DNA of 64,000 nucleotides, filler included, from Sphacelaria rigidula (taxonomy: Eukaryota): the NCBI GenBank assembly GCA_964200075.2. It is 8 parts of 8 records of this genome, joined end to end, with 100 filler letters (N's around TTAATTAATTAA, not from the genome) between each part and the next. Parts side by side here need not be neighbours in the genome. Positions count along the whole stretch, not along the records: positions 48,107 to 56,023 come from CAXNAA020012981.1; positions 56,124 to 64,000 come from CAXNAA020013129.1; 6 more parts are not named here. One strand, 5' to 3'. Every line of letters begins with the position of its first letter. The first letter of the stretch is position 1. The position numbers and the translations under genes are program-made. Under the pieces are notes generated by a model that saw nothing but the letters and a program-made list of their open reading frames with translations, was not told where the DNA came from and ran no database searches. Shown piece after piece: positions 50,108 to 63,816 of this stretch.

Positions 50108-53100
50108 ATGTCAGAGCAACCGTTTTGCGGGGTCTGCGCTACACCGTTCTCCATCATGGTGCGGCGACAGCGGTGCCAGGTCTGTAAGGAGGGCGTCTGC
50201 GCGCAGTGCTCCACCGACAAGCGCTATGTCGAAGGTGCAGTTTAGTGCAGTGCGGTATACTATGGTAGTTATTATTTATCGATTGTCTCACGTTCATCTG
50301 ATCCCGGCGGGATACAGCCGTGGTCATACGGTATACGCACCTGGCCAAGGTCAAACAAGAGCGGAAATACTCGCAAGAGGAAACGCGACGTTGGGGACAA
50401 GACGACAACAATAGAACGAATAGTGTAGAATTGGACGAAAACGAGGGACGAAACGTAACAGAGGGAAGGGGGAGAGAGAGAAGAAAGAGAAATACATGAA
50501 AAGGGAAAGGGAAACGAGTGAAAAGGGATGCAGCAGTGAATACCACTTACTGTACCTTGTTTGTTTATCCACGTCGTGGTTCTCCTGTCGGAAAAGGTGC
50601 GTGGCTTTACCCGATCATTTTCTGCTCTTGGCACCGCGATGTGTCGTCAGTCTACAGTCAGAGCAACGTGTTACGGGAAGTTGTGTTGGGCCTACTCGGT
50701 GTGCCTAGAGCTGGTAGGTATGCTAAAAACCCAGTGACCGCCATCCGCGCTTTAAAGGACATGCGCGGTACGGCACCCAAGATAGAGTCATCCTTAACCT
50801 TCTGCCTGCCAGGGTGGGTCAACTAGGTTCTACATTCGTTTTTGTGAAAATGGTGTCGATTCAACAGATTCACCTACCCTCGACGGTCGACGCGTCAACG
50901 CGAGAAAGTTTCCTCGCCATACAGACCGACCCAGGATTTTAGACGCTTTTCTAAGCCTTTGATCGCCAGGAAAGGTCATCTGTTGAATCGACATCACCTT
51001 GACTCGGAAAGGTTACTGCGTGGCCCAGATAACCTTACCCTGGCTGCCAATGGGTTTAAGATACTACTGTTGTACTCGAGATATCCAAAACGCGGTATGA
51101 TACCGTAGGTCGATATGGTGTTCGCCCTGCTTTGCCTCCTTGTTTTCTGGACAACTTCGCTCGAGTCTTGAAAGTTCACTCCTTCTCTTCCCTTCCCACC
51201 CCAACAACAAAAAATCAGGTCACAAAGGACTGCAGCGGGTATGCGACATCTGCATCGTAGAAGGCCCCGTGGTCCTTGACGAAAATGGCATGTACGCCGT
51301 TGATCCGTCGCCGGCCTCAACGCCTATCCCCTTGCCGCTGCCTCCCGCTCCCACGCAACAGCCGCCTCAGCTCTCCACGGCGCCGGCAGACACAGTCAAA
51401 ACTGCCGCTGCACCCCACCGACCTCCTGCCACAACAACGGCGACGGTCGGAACCGTCCCGAAGGTGGCGGCAACCCCCCGTGCCCCACGGCAACATGCCA
51501 CAGGGACGGCGGTAGGGTCTACGATTATGCATGCACAGACGACTGAACCAACTCCCGAGACAAGCATCACTTCATCGACCATAACAAAGCACACCCAGCA
51601 CCCTGGTAACACCGCTGCTCGAAAACTGTTCGCGGATTCGCCAGCCTCCGCGGCTGGTGACAAGAGGCAGCAGCAACAGCAACCGCAAACCGGGTCTATT
51701 TTTGTAGGGACTGCATCGCAGGTCGTACACGCAGGCTACGGTACCCGTGGAGACGGCGTGCCTGGCGGTAACAGGGGTGTTAGCGGCGGCGGCAGAGCTG
51801 CCGGCGGGGGCCCGTGTAGGCCCGAAGATACCGCTGTGGTGGTGTCGCCGGCGAGGGAGTTGGCAGAGGAGAGAGCGCTGGAGGCGGCTAGTGCCGCTGC
51901 CGCGGCTGCTCTAGGTGGTGACGATGATGACGATGACCGGCGAGACGTGAGTTGGATCAAGGGATTTCTGTGAAGGATTTCGCGTGTGTCTGGGTGTCTG
52001 GGTGTGTCAACTCTGCGCGCTTTGTTTTCGCAATTGTTCCTGAGCGTCGTTGTCCTGGGTTGTTTTTTGGACGTCCCGGTATGGCAAAGCGTTGCCTTTT
52101 GTTTTTGATTGGTTCGGGCGTCTGTGGTCACGGTTGCGCGAGGTCGTGCTGACCCCCTGTTCGGGACGTGGTTCACTATCCTGCTCTATTTCGTGTGCAC
52201 TATGATGTGTAGACGAGAGCAATAGGCTCAACGGACTTCTGCCATCCGCATGACCGCCTCCGCGGTCCTGCACATGGCGCTTTTTCGATACGCAGGGTGG
52301 TATGCCCGCGGTTGCCGCGCCTGCCCGGCAGCGCAGGCGTAGCAAGAAGGCTCGTCGCGCAGCCCTTGGCGCGTTGGAGGCGAGTAAAGCCACGACACCA
52401 CAGGAGAAGGTGCCTGCGTGGTCTGCGCAGGTGTGTGTTTGTGGAAGAGGAAGACAACGTTTTGTACAATCGCTGCAGGGATGAAAGTGACGCTTGTTCT
52501 TGTACTTGCTGTAAGTTGGAGCCTTACTGGGTCTATATCGTCAAGTTTCGTGCGCTATCACTTGCTACTATCAGTCATCAACCGTCCTCCCGCACTCCCG
52601 CAACTCCGTCGCCTTTGCCCCGTTTCCGCCATTTTTTCGTCCACCCCTCTGCTTGAAATATGCACGGGTAATATCACCGAACACACTCCAACAAAACTTG
52701 TGTTACTTTTCAAGAGCTTTGCGGACTTTTTGGGTATTGGTAGCAGCTACGCCAGCGCCAACGCCGAAGGGAGCGGCGGCGGCACTGCTGGCGATGGGGG
52801 TGACTGTATCACCCCGCTGTCCACCAGCAGATCCTCTCGGTCCTCTCAGAACGATCATCGAGACCGCGGATTTTCAAGTCACAGCGCCGGCGCAGGGGCC
52901 GTTGCTTCAACAGCCGGCGTCGGGGTGCCGACGACACCCGCAAGCGGCAGCACCGCCGGCGGCGGCGGTGGCGGCGGTGGTGGGAGCAGTAGCGCGCGGA
53001 AATGGGAGTCTACGGGGAAGAGACGCTCGTCGTCTGGCGGAAGTGGAGGCGCAGCGGGCGCGAGGAATGGAGGCGAGGGTCGTCGGGCAGTTGTGAGGCA

Positions 53101-53879
53101 GAGCAGCGGATTTGTGAGAGATTTCATCCGCGGTGCTGGTATTCATCGGCTGGATCCACGACGCCTCGCTGGTATGGGAACCTTTTTCTTTTTTTTTCCT
53201 TCATTCTTGTGCGTCTGAGCTCCTACCGTCGTTCATGGGTTCATTCGTGTGGATGTATTGATGACTTTTTCTCGGGACTCGTCTGTGATACGGTTTCTTC
53301 ATATATATTTCGTCCCGATGGTAGGTTCTGGTTAGGTTGTGCCTTACACGGCAGTGCTGTCCGAAATTGTTGATGGCCCGTCTAATGGGACGGGGGGTGT
53401 TATATGTGATAGAGTTACACCTGGGTCCAAACACCATCTCATGCGGAGCGCTGAAATCAGATATTCAGCCTTCAGAAACGAGTGTTCTATGGTCTCCTGA
53501 AAATAAGCCATGAAAATGGTCGCCGAAGATATGGACCCCCTCATGATCTTTTACAGTAACCCGCAACCTTTCCCGCGCTCTCGTTTGCTTTCCTCTCCGC
53601 TGCCACGCAGGACCCCTATCAACTTGGGCGTCATGGATGTGCCTGGACAGGATCGTTGAAACCGCGTGGACGCTGTTGCACAAGCTACTACAGGGCAACA
53701 ACCGCCAACATGCTCAACGGTCCAACCACTACGGTAGGCATGGCGGCGGAGGGGGGGCGAGGGGTAGAGGGGGGAACGGCGGCAGCGCGGGCAGGGAAGG
53801 GGCCAGACGATGGAGACCCGGCAGGCGCGTTGTTGCGTTTTCCTCCGTTGTGCTACTGGCTTCCTACCGCCGCTACCAG
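50108..53879 (+). CDS. FYVE-type zinc-finger protein with long low-complexity C-terminus; exons 50108-50234, 51219-51946, 52296-52430, 52715-53171, 53611-53879 (possible next exon from 54557)
   Basis: MSEQPFCGVCATPFSIMVRRQRCQVCKEGVCAQCSTDKRYVE/GHKGLQRVCDIC gives an 8-Cys FYVE pattern with RVC; all joins are GT-AG and phase-compatible. Confidence 0.8.
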
Positions 53880-53950
53880 GTACGGTCATGTTTTATGTGT
53901 GTTAAAAACTTTCGACGATAGCCCCCGCCCCCCCAAAAAAAAGAAAAAAA

Positions 53951-54157
53951 GGCGAAACAGGACGGGGATAAGATATGTAAAATGTTTTCGTGTAATGAAT
54001 GAGAGAAACATAATGAGCTATGGAAGAAACGCATTGAACGCCGGAATGTTGGAGGTGTCTCAATTAGGAGTAGGAACGGTGCTCTGTCTCGAAAAGGATG
54101 CGTAGTCAATGGTCACACGACTCAGGCAAGCAACAAATGAGTACGCGCCCCCCCCCC
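53951..54157 (+). mobile_element. 5'-truncated poly(C)-LINE copy; another on the minus strand at ~54810-55028
   Basis: Ends GCAACAAATGAGTACGCG + C-tract; C-run + A8-9GAAA on both flanks. Confidence 0.85.
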
Positions 54158-55307
54158 AAAAAAAAAAGAAAGAAGACGAAACCCCTGCCAGTGGTCTGAT
54201 GACTATTGCATGCATGATCATGAGTACACCGAAAACCTGCCCAAAAGTGTCACGAACAAAATCGTCATACAGCACCTGATGTTTGAATTCAGGCTTCATG
54301 AAGCGCCTCATATGGGCAACGTCGGCGACAATGAACCCAAGCGTGATAATTCCTAGCTGTTCGTTGTGCTCGGCTTTTCCCACTTCAATTTACGTGAAAA
54401 TTTTGCCTCCTCAAACGAGGCACGTTGGGGGGGGGGGTATCGTAGAAAGCGTCGTTCTGACCAGTATATTCTCCCTTTTGGGCGAAAGGATATGCAATGG
54501 TTGAGTATATACTCGCTTTCAGTATTCATATATATACGTATTTCGGATCTTCACAGAGGTCACGGTCCCAAGACCTCGTGCAGCGACCACGTCAACCCCG
54601 GTGCTCTGTCAATTTTGTGGGTCTGCGGCTCGGCATGAGGCTCGGGTCTTCTGTTTCTACTTTTGTCGTACGAGAACGTGTACGTACAGTAGACGAGAGT
54701 TAGCGACATGTTTTTGGTTGTACTCAACGGGCTGCGGGGAAGTTGAGATCCACTTTAGGTGTCGGGGAAGAGAGGAGATGATTCATGATACTCCTGCCTC
54801 CCCACGGAAGGGGGGCGCGCGCGGGGGGGGGGGCTCGTTTGTTGCTCGCCGCTCAGTCGTTCGACCATTGACCACGCATCCCTTTCGAGACGGGGCACCG
54901 TTCCTACTACTAATAAAGACACCTCCAACATTTGGGCGCTCATTACGTTCCTTCCATACATTACACTAAACACCTTGTACATCTTATCCCCTTCCTGTTT
55001 CGCCGTCTCTGGCCACCATCTATCCCCTGTTGGAAGGAGAGAGGGGAGGGGGGGGGGGATGTTGAAAGTAAGGGAAGAAGACGGTGGTCGGGTTGCGTGT
55101 GTGAAGATTGGGGGGGGACGTGTGGTGTGCCTGCAGTGTGTCAGAAGACCGTTTACTCTGAGTACTTGTGTTAGGATTGTAGTAATCTCGCGCGATACAT
55201 GGCTTTATAGAAGTGTCATGATTGCCGTCTGTTGTATCTCCCCAAAACTTGTGGTATCACGTGAACAGCGCCAAATTTGAACTCTGGTTGATCTCTGAGC
55301 ATACATA

Positions 55308-56023
55308 CAGGCTGGGCCGCCAAAGACGCGGACAGGGACGTGAACACGCGATTTAGCAGCTCAAATTTGGGTCGTTTTCGATGAAATTTCGACACAATGT
55401 TCAGGACGTATGTGCGAAGACGCCCCCATTTACCCCGTATATTTTTTTCTTTTTTCTTTTGGGTTATTCACGATTTTGTTCCGAAAAAATGTCCTGAAAT
55501 ATTTGGTCGCCGATAGCTCACGGAGGAAAAAACCAAAATGTACGGGGCAAATGGGGCGTCTTCGCACATACATCCTGTACATCGTGTCGAAATTTCATAG
55601 AGAACGACCTGAAATTAAGCTGCTAAATCGCGTGTTCGTGTCCAATACTGGTTCCCATGTGGAGAATTACCCACCACGGAAAAATGACACGCGGTTATGC
55701 TATTCAATTTCAGGTATTTTATCACGAAATTTTGACACGATGCGCATGAGGTATGTTGTAAAGTCTCTATTGTCCCCCCCTTGACATTTTTTTCTCAATG
55801 AATTGTCGACGCTTTTGTACCAGGAAATTGTTCCAAAATTTAGATCACCAATACCATACGAGGAAAATAAAACGAAGAAGAGGGGAAAACGGTAGGGGCT
55901 CCGCATGTACCCCATGTATATCGTGTCAAAATTCCATGGAAAACAACTTCAAATTGATCAGTGAAATCGCGGTTTCCGGTCGAGAACCGGTTCACTTGCT
56001 TTCGGAGTACAATAACCTCAGCC
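55308..56023. mobile_element. Truncated second copy of the 6369-7522 mariner-like element (opposite orientation)
   Basis: TA|CAGGCTGGGCCGCCAAAGACGCGGACAGGG; ~700 bp similar to the reverse complement of ~6830-7522. Confidence 0.85.
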
Positions 56024-56417
56024 NNNNNNNNNNNNNNNNNNNNNNNNNNNNNNNNNNNNNNNNNNNNTTAATTAATTAANNNNNNNNNNNNNNNNNNNNN
56101 NNNNNNNNNNNNNNNNNNNNNNNGGATGGGCGAGGGGTCACCCCTCCAGCGGGATTCGGGCGACAATCCTCCCACCAGAGAACAACACCGACAGCGGCCC
56201 GACCCCCCCCCCCCCCCTCAGTCCACGGTAGACTTGACACAGCCAGTAAAACACGTGCGTAGGTGTTATTGCATGGTGGATGTTGTTGCTTGCAGACATC
56301 ATCGTTCATGGTATCATTGAGGATATCGGGAACCGTGACTTCATCTTCAACACAATGTCCACGACCGCGCTTGCGGGCTGCTACGGACTTATCTACATCA
56401 CTGAAACGGGAGAGTCA

Positions 56418-56606
56418 GGCCGTGTCTTACCAAATTATTTTCGACTCGAGAACGTACGGTGGAATCGAATTTGCTCTTACCTGATACGTCCACGGCATCC
56501 ATGTTCTCAACCATCAGAGAAAATAGGGAGTGTGGGCGAATCAGAAACGAGAGAATTAGATTCGACCGCACGTTTCGACACGAAAACGATTTGATAAGAC
56601 ACGGCC
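56418..56606. mobile_element. PIF/Harbinger (Tourist-like) MITE, 3-bp TSD TCA; related copy at 61777-61962
   Basis: TCA|GGCCGTGTCTTA ... TAAGACACGGCC|TCA; second copy TCA|GGCCGTGTCTT ... AAGACACGGCC|TTA. Confidence 0.85.
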
Positions 56607-58240
56607 TCAGAGTGGTGAAGATATGACGGCTCCATGTTCCCCTACGCGGGATATGCGGCGTAACCCTTCCTGCCGTATCTTGTACTGCCCCACTCCTTTT
56701 GTTCGAGTTACCCCAGGTTACCCCTATCTGTGGGAGGTGAGCCTTTTATTTTGCCATTTTGTACTGTAAACTTGGTTGTGAAATTCTCCCTGTGGGGTTT
56801 TTAACCAGCCGTGAAAATTGGCACACGAGTTGAGCATGGTGCAGCCTGCATGCACACAGAGCGGTGGCACATTTTGTCCGTGCGCGAAAATTAGCACAGT
56901 ACAACAGTTCTTGCAGACCTTTTTGCGATATTGACCATACGCCCTCCACACGGCCTCCCCGCGGCACAAACTTCGTGAACCCACCCTTACTACACGTATG
57001 GATGCAGCGATACGCTAACAGACACATCATGAGCCCTTGGGCGGCCGCAGCAATGGCAAACAAACATGGATGTGTACTGGGACACCCGCTGGATAATGAC
57101 AATCTCTGCGAAGCCCAGCCACACACTGCCTATAGAGATGCGGAGGTGCGGAGGAGCGCCCATACGTGCGCCGTGGGTGCTTTCACGCGCTAAAACTTTG
57201 GCCACATGTATGTCTTGTGAAGCACAGCCAACAAGCCCATATCGATTCATCTCCGCTTGCGCGGTGCAGCACCCCACCCTGGGGCGAAAACGGGTCAAAT
57301 TCTGTTCCGAAAAGATCTTCCGGTGTAAATAATGACAATCGATTTCGAATCGATTTATGGGGTGTTATACACCGTGAACTCTATTTACCCGGCGAAAGTT
57401 CTCCGAAAAAAAAAGCCTCGGGATATTCTTGCCATCCATAAATCGTGCTGCGAAACATCTGCCGACTGAACCCACTTCTTGTAGCTTGTGCGTGTCCTCA
57501 ACAAAACTACTCACCGCAGCCGATACAGCACCTTGTATTTTGAGCACTACGTGTGCGCGTCCAAGACCTCACGGCTTCGTCCGTACCTGTCGGCATCCTG
57601 TCGTCCACCACACCATCTTCTCTTTCTGGTGAGCTGGCATGACGTGTTGTAACTGAGATGAATGTGCAGCAAGGCGTTCGGAGAGACTGGAATTCTCTCT
57701 GACCTAGATTCCAACCTGTCAGGCATGTATTGCTGTTGCAGTTGTGTTGGGCGGTGCAGCCTCACCCAGCTTGTACCACAGCACGCGCATCCGATGTTCG
57801 GAAGAAGACGAGGGTGTAGATACCTTGAACAACGGGGAGGCCTCGAGACGTTGGGTTTGCAAGTGGTGAGTCCGGCGTAGAATGTTCACTGTTGTAGTAG
57901 AGGGGGTTTTGTGGGTGTTAGTTCGAAAACGGGATCTACGAAGTTGCAACCTGCAGGTGAACGCACACTTGGACGACATGGGAACGGACGATGTGCAGGT
58001 GCAGCGTGGAGAGAGGGGCAACTCGCAGAGTTGTTGATGGCTACGTGGTAGTGCATACGCTTCTTCGTCTCACGTGGTAGCACTGTTGCACTGTATCTGA
58101 GCTGTTGTTCATTTGTTTACTGTTACGTTCCCTCGACAGAGACGGGGACCAAAAGACGCCAGCCCGAGGCTACAGGAAGGCGCTGTTGTATTACTCTGCT
58201 TCCTGATTTTTTTCAGAGGCTTTTTGGGAAAACAGCCAAG

Positions 58241-61200
58241 ATGGCAGGAGAGGCACCAACACCAACGAGAAAGCTGGCCAACTATCAGCTGCATAAAACG
58301 CTGGGGAAGGGCATGAGTGGAAAGTGAGTTGAGAAACATCTGGGCCCTTACTAACCTGCAGTATCGCCTCCTCACAACCCAAAGTTCCCCAGCTGTACCC
58401 GCTGCATGGTCTAGTCAAGCCCTGTGTAGTGTGGAAATTACCGCAGGATAGAAGGGCGGAACGTCTCGGATATCGGCGACGCGCTTCGTCCGCCGGGGCT
58501 AAAAGCAAGGTACTCATGCCCAACACATTTCCATTCTGACATCATTATTCGTAGCTGGCAGGCATGAAGCCGCTGCGGCGTTGCATTGGTGTCTGCTGCC
58601 CCTTTTACACTGATGCATAGTTTGTACACGCGGTGATTATTCTAGATTTACCCCGATGATTTCATACCCACAGTCACTGCAGTCAAAAGTGCAGCCACCA
58701 ACAACGATGCTAACAGCACGAAACATTGGGAGAATGTAATCTACATACGTTGTGAGCAAGTGTGCGGTGCTTGCTTTGCTTCTCTTTCCCCTCCCTGACA
58801 ATCGCTTGCGAGCATCACACGAGTTGCGTTGGTCGATTGGTTCAGAGCGATTCAGATTCAGGGCATCTGCTTGTACTGTTGTGGTTTCTCCCTCAGTCCC
58901 TTCCGCCGGAAAAATCGACGAAATTGCGCAAATGTCCACTCATGAGGTTTTCAACTTTCTCAATGCCGGGCCAGTCTTCCGCCAATAAAAAATCGGAACA
59001 GAATCCGACATCTTTTAGCCTCAATACACACGCACACACTGCACAACCCCAGATTCAGCAAGATGAGGTTGTTGTCTTTTGTCCACATGACATGTCGAAG
59101 TTTCTGCGCGTAAAAGCACCGACAGCACTTGCACACCCGTGCCTCCTGGAGTGAGCACCGTTGTTTTCCATTATTCTTGTCGGGATTTTCGCTGGATACG
59201 TGCGTTACTCAAACTCCATCTACCACAGAGAGGTCGACAAGATTGCCCTGTTGTTCGGCCATTTGTTGTCCGGGCCTGTTCTGGACTTGAATTCCCTCGG
59301 TTGGCTTGCTACAGCCCAGGACAGCAGAAGGAGGAGAGCTGGGAAAAAAATGCAGGCAGCATCGATAATATTTTGATACACACTGAGATGGCACCTAGTC
59401 AAAGTAAGCGAAGCATACATCTTCGAAAGGAAGAGGCGTTCTAGCACACGGGATCGTATACGCACGAAATTTACATCGGAGTTTCGCAAAAGTTTTTTTT
59501 TCATTTCAGAGTGCAAATAACTCAGGAGCAGAGCGCAGAATAATTAAAAAAAACAACTCATCGAAACTAAGTCAAGGGGATACCACATTTGACGGAGGGG
59601 GAAATACTTTTTCGTTGCACTCTGATCCTGAGAAATTGCACTCTAAAATGACAAAAAGGGTTTTACAAAACTCGTATTATTACGTTGGCTGTCTGATGCC
59701 CCGTTTGTACAGTGCTTGGTTGTCTCCAGCGTTGTACCGCAACAACTTTGGGTCGCGATATCTGACTGCATCTGTATTGCAGCAAGATCTGCCAGCGCTA
59801 GTCAGGCAGTTGGCACCGTGCTTGATTGTCATGGATGTCTGCACGGCATCGATCAACGCGAGCCATCCAGAACAACAGCATGGCAGCCTATAAAAGGGGG
59901 CCAGCAGCATTGATGCATTGATGCGTGTGGAGTCTTTTTCTCGGTTTATGTTGCGTCCGAGCAACATGAATCACCACACAACGACGACGATGGAGCCATC
60001 TTGAATCGTGCCCCGTACCCAAGGCCGTGCAGATGCAGCAGCAATCTAAGCGTAAATGGAGACTGCAACACCAACCCCGGCCACGGCGACCATACCGCGG
60101 GCATGGCAACACTTACAGCGAACGTTGGGTACACTACCCAGTATACCAACAAAGCACCGCTTGTGAGACTGCCGTCGGTATGGATATCATCCTGCCCCTG
60201 CACGGTGCTGCACTGCGGCTGCGGCCACCGGAAGACCGGCAAAACCGTGTGTGACGGAACCTATACTAAAATCAAGTTTGTACTATGAAATGTACCGTAA
60301 AACGTGAAGGGACTGGTAAAAAATGTGAATTAAATTAGTTGAAATTAGTGTTTGTACTGTGAAAATAAACAGGTACCTATGGATCCACCGCCGTATGCGG
60401 GCATCTTGTGCGAAATATAAAAACAAAAAAATACCGTTATTCCCACCCTGTATCTGTGACTGCCCGCACTTGGCCCGCACAAAAAATCATCGCACTTTCG
60501 TACCGAAACTTTGCTCGTGCATTTCTCGAATGTGGGCAAAGGCACCACCATGAAACATGCTTCACTAGTAGGACACAACCCAGACAGTATGTGCACCAAG
60601 TTTCGGCTTCTTTCGTCCAACGAGCAAATTGAACTAAGTGGATACCGATATACCGTCGATAGGCCCTCAAAACGGCTATCTCACAGCCCAGATTCTGTGT
60701 ACCGTGACAAACTGCGTATGTGAACGTGGTGCACTCTCTTCCACATCATTATCTCCTGGGAGGGTAAAGTGCTGGCAAACGAACATAGATCAGTACTGGC
60801 AGACCCTCTGAATAGTGACAATCTGTAAAGATACCCAGCCCAGGAAGTACGGTCGTGCGCGCGCTGTCATCGCTGCCTTGCGCTGAAACTTCGGTAACAT
60901 GTCATGTAGACCACAAACAACAAGCCCATGCGTCTAGATCTGGGGTTGGTCGTTGCAGCAGTGCGCGAGGGCATGAAAAGAGCTCCAATTCTGTTCCGCA
61001 GCATTTGTTTTTCCGCGCAAGACTGTCACATACTCGGTGGCAATGTCACTTGAGAGGACTGTTACACGTTGTTCCCGATGTCGACAGAGTGAAGCTTGGT
61101 GTTGACGTGCATACTGGGGAGACAGTGGCGATCAAGATCATGTACAAAGACAACATGAGCGCGCGAGCTGCGCAGCAGCTTCGACGGGAAATCACATCTA

Positions 61201-63816
61201 TGAAGGCTCTTAATCACCCGAACGTCCTTCGTTTGAGGGATGTACACGAGGTGAGTACAAACTCTGTAAACAGTACGAATCCAACGCAAGGGGATGCGAG
61301 CGCTCGCCGCGAGGAATGCGCTCCATTACAAGACAATTCACGGAAGAACGGAAGACGCTCAGCATTCGTGACCTGAACTTTAACATGCTCGTGAGTCTAA
61401 AGGGCCACCACCCACCATCTTGTTTCCATCAGAGTTTGACGTACGTGAAGAAGAACGGGTTGCAACGGGAAGTTGTTATCCTTGTGCTAGAACTGGCGAG
61501 TGGAGGCGAGCTGTTCGACTTCATGATGTACACTGGAGCTTTCCCTGAAGTCGTCGCCAGGACTTACTTCCTCCAGGTAAGACATGGTCATGCAGGCAAT
61601 GTGTTTGGCCGCCACAATCTGGCGGGATGTGAAAAAGGCCTGGAGGGCGTGGATTTCGATAAATGCGGAGAAGGACGGAAATCTTGTGCGCGCTCAGGAG
61701 ACGTTCTCTGTTTTTTTTCTGAAACTAAATATGTAAAGAGAAATCCGTGAGTCGTGGTGTTTCAGTGCACACCTCAGGCCGTGTCTTTATCGTTATCGAC
61801 ACCAAAAAAAGAATCGGGAAAGGGAACAAGCGTCCAAGAGCAGCGTGACGATCAGTCGCGGCAACCATAGACCCACCCGGCGATCAATCAACATGCTCCT
61901 GTTTGACTGCTTGCTCCTTTTCCCGCTTCTTTTTTTGGTCTCGATACGAGTAAGACACGGCCTTACTTTTCGGCATGAGAACATGCGTGCGGAGTTACCC
62001 CAAGGGCGCAAATTATGCCGCAAACTGGTAGCCCAGCGAAGATGCTGCGTTTGTTGAGCTCAATGAACGAAGGAGCTCTTGAGAGAAAGTGCGGAGGGTG
62101 TTGTGGCGGGGGGGGGGTTAATGATCGGCAGGGTTCTCTACGAAGAAGAGCATTATCAGCACGTCAGCTGATTCAAGACGGCCAAACATGAGCACTTATT
62201 ACGTTGCACAACGGTAAGGTATTCTATAGATCAGCCATTTGCATCCTACGCTGTGCTTGTTAGCTCACCTGAAGTCAAAATGGTTAAAAGAGAAAGAAAT
62301 GCCACACTCACTCGCGGTGTGATTGATTCGTTGGCAGCTTAACGAGCAATGCTCCGTGCTTCTCGTGGAGCAGTGAAACTAACGCACTTCCGGCTGTCTT
62401 TTTCGCAGATGTTATCGGCACTGGAGATGTGTCACAGTACTGGCATCGCACACCGCGATATCAAGCCTGAGAATATCTTACTCGACAACAATTTTCAGCT
62501 GAGGATGGCGGACTTTGGTTTGTCCTCGATAATGGAGGTGAGCTTGCCGTGGTGCACACCGACGTGACGACCGTACTACTCGTGCTGTAGTGTACGGGTG
62601 CTGTGGTGTACTCAGGTATATTTCCCATCTTCATGAAACATTTTGGTCATATCCAGAACTCTTATCTAGTTTCCCTCAGTTGTGAACCTGGTGCTTCCTC
62701 CCCACAAACATGTTTTGGCAAGGCGGAAGCGGACAGCGTAGCAAATGGACAGCTGCCTTACATCTGCGTCCGGCATTGCAAATATATCGATATATTGGTC
62801 CCGTGTATTCGTGCCGTGTTGCTGACAACAGGACGAGAACGGCGTTTGCTATACGGAGTGTGGCACGAAAAGTTATATGGCACCCGAGGTGTTGGCGAAG
62901 CGACCCTACGACGGAGCTCAGGCAGATCTCTGGTCTGCAGGGGTTGTTCTCTTCATCATGCTGGCCGGTAACCCTCCGTTCCAAACGGCAATTTCAACGG
63001 ACTGGTGGTTCAGGGCTGTTTCGAGCGGGCGCCACGACCGCTTCTGGGCAGCCCACCTCAGGGGCTGCCCTCAATTCCCCCCGTTAGCACAGGTATGGAA
63101 AACAATATTTATCGCATGCAGTTCATCACCGTACGTGCAGTCGAGCTTACCGTCAACTTGCAAGAGTTTTTCATTCACTGTATCAGTATGTGTACGAGTA
63201 GCAGTTTACCGAAAGGCGTCCTCATCCGCACTGCACCATGATACCACATGCAGGCCTTTTTAAACCGCATTTTCGTGGCGGACCCGGCTCAACGTGCGAC
63301 CCTGGAGGAATTGAAGTCGCATGCGTGGCTGGCGGGTGACACTTTGCCTCCAAATGCCCTCTACGAAGAATTACTCCAACGCAAGAGGTACGATTTCGCT
63401 CACAGATAACAAACGGTATTAGCGTGCGGTGCTTGATCCATGTCGCGAATAAGCTGCAGAGCTTGGTTACACCAAGAAGCTAGTTCACCCCTGTCTAAGT
63501 GCAAGCTGGTTATACTCAACACAGGCGCGTGGATGAACAGAAAGAGGCGGAAAGACAAGCGCACATTCAGCGCAGGATGGAGGAGGCGTCTCGTGCTGGA
63601 CGGAGCCACATTGATCCGTACCGGCAAACCGTCGTGCGAAGCTCGATGGAAGCAGGTGGTGTATCTGTTTTACCGCCCATGCTGCCGGCTGATTTCGGCG
63701 GACTTCACGTCTTCTACTCTGCTGAAACACCTGGAGTGCTCCTCGACAAAATCACGGCTGCGTTGACAAGCATGAAGGAGTCTCCATCTGTATCAGTAAA
63801 ACATGAGGCTGCGAAG
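58241..63816 (+). CDS. Ser/Thr protein kinase, CAMK group (SNF1/AMPK/CIPK-like); exons 58241-58323, 61088-61250, 61433-61576, 62409-62537, 62832-63092, 63254-63387, 63525-63816; continues beyond the window
   Basis: [50 protein letters not shown] and ADLWSAGV; all GT-AG and phase-compatible. Confidence 0.95.
59684..60807 (-). CDS. Putative uncharacterised gene nested antisense in kinase intron 1; exons 60807-60703, 60633-60504, 60197-60019, 59887-59684
   Basis: Four YAG/GTA-bounded segments splice in matching phases (2,0,2) into ~205 stop-free codons; no family recognised. Confidence 0.45.

Noticed and set aside
56296-56453. Plus-strand exon DIIVHGIIEDIGNRDF...
   Set aside because: Its 3' part and donor fall inside the 56418-56606 MITE, and no partner exons were found.
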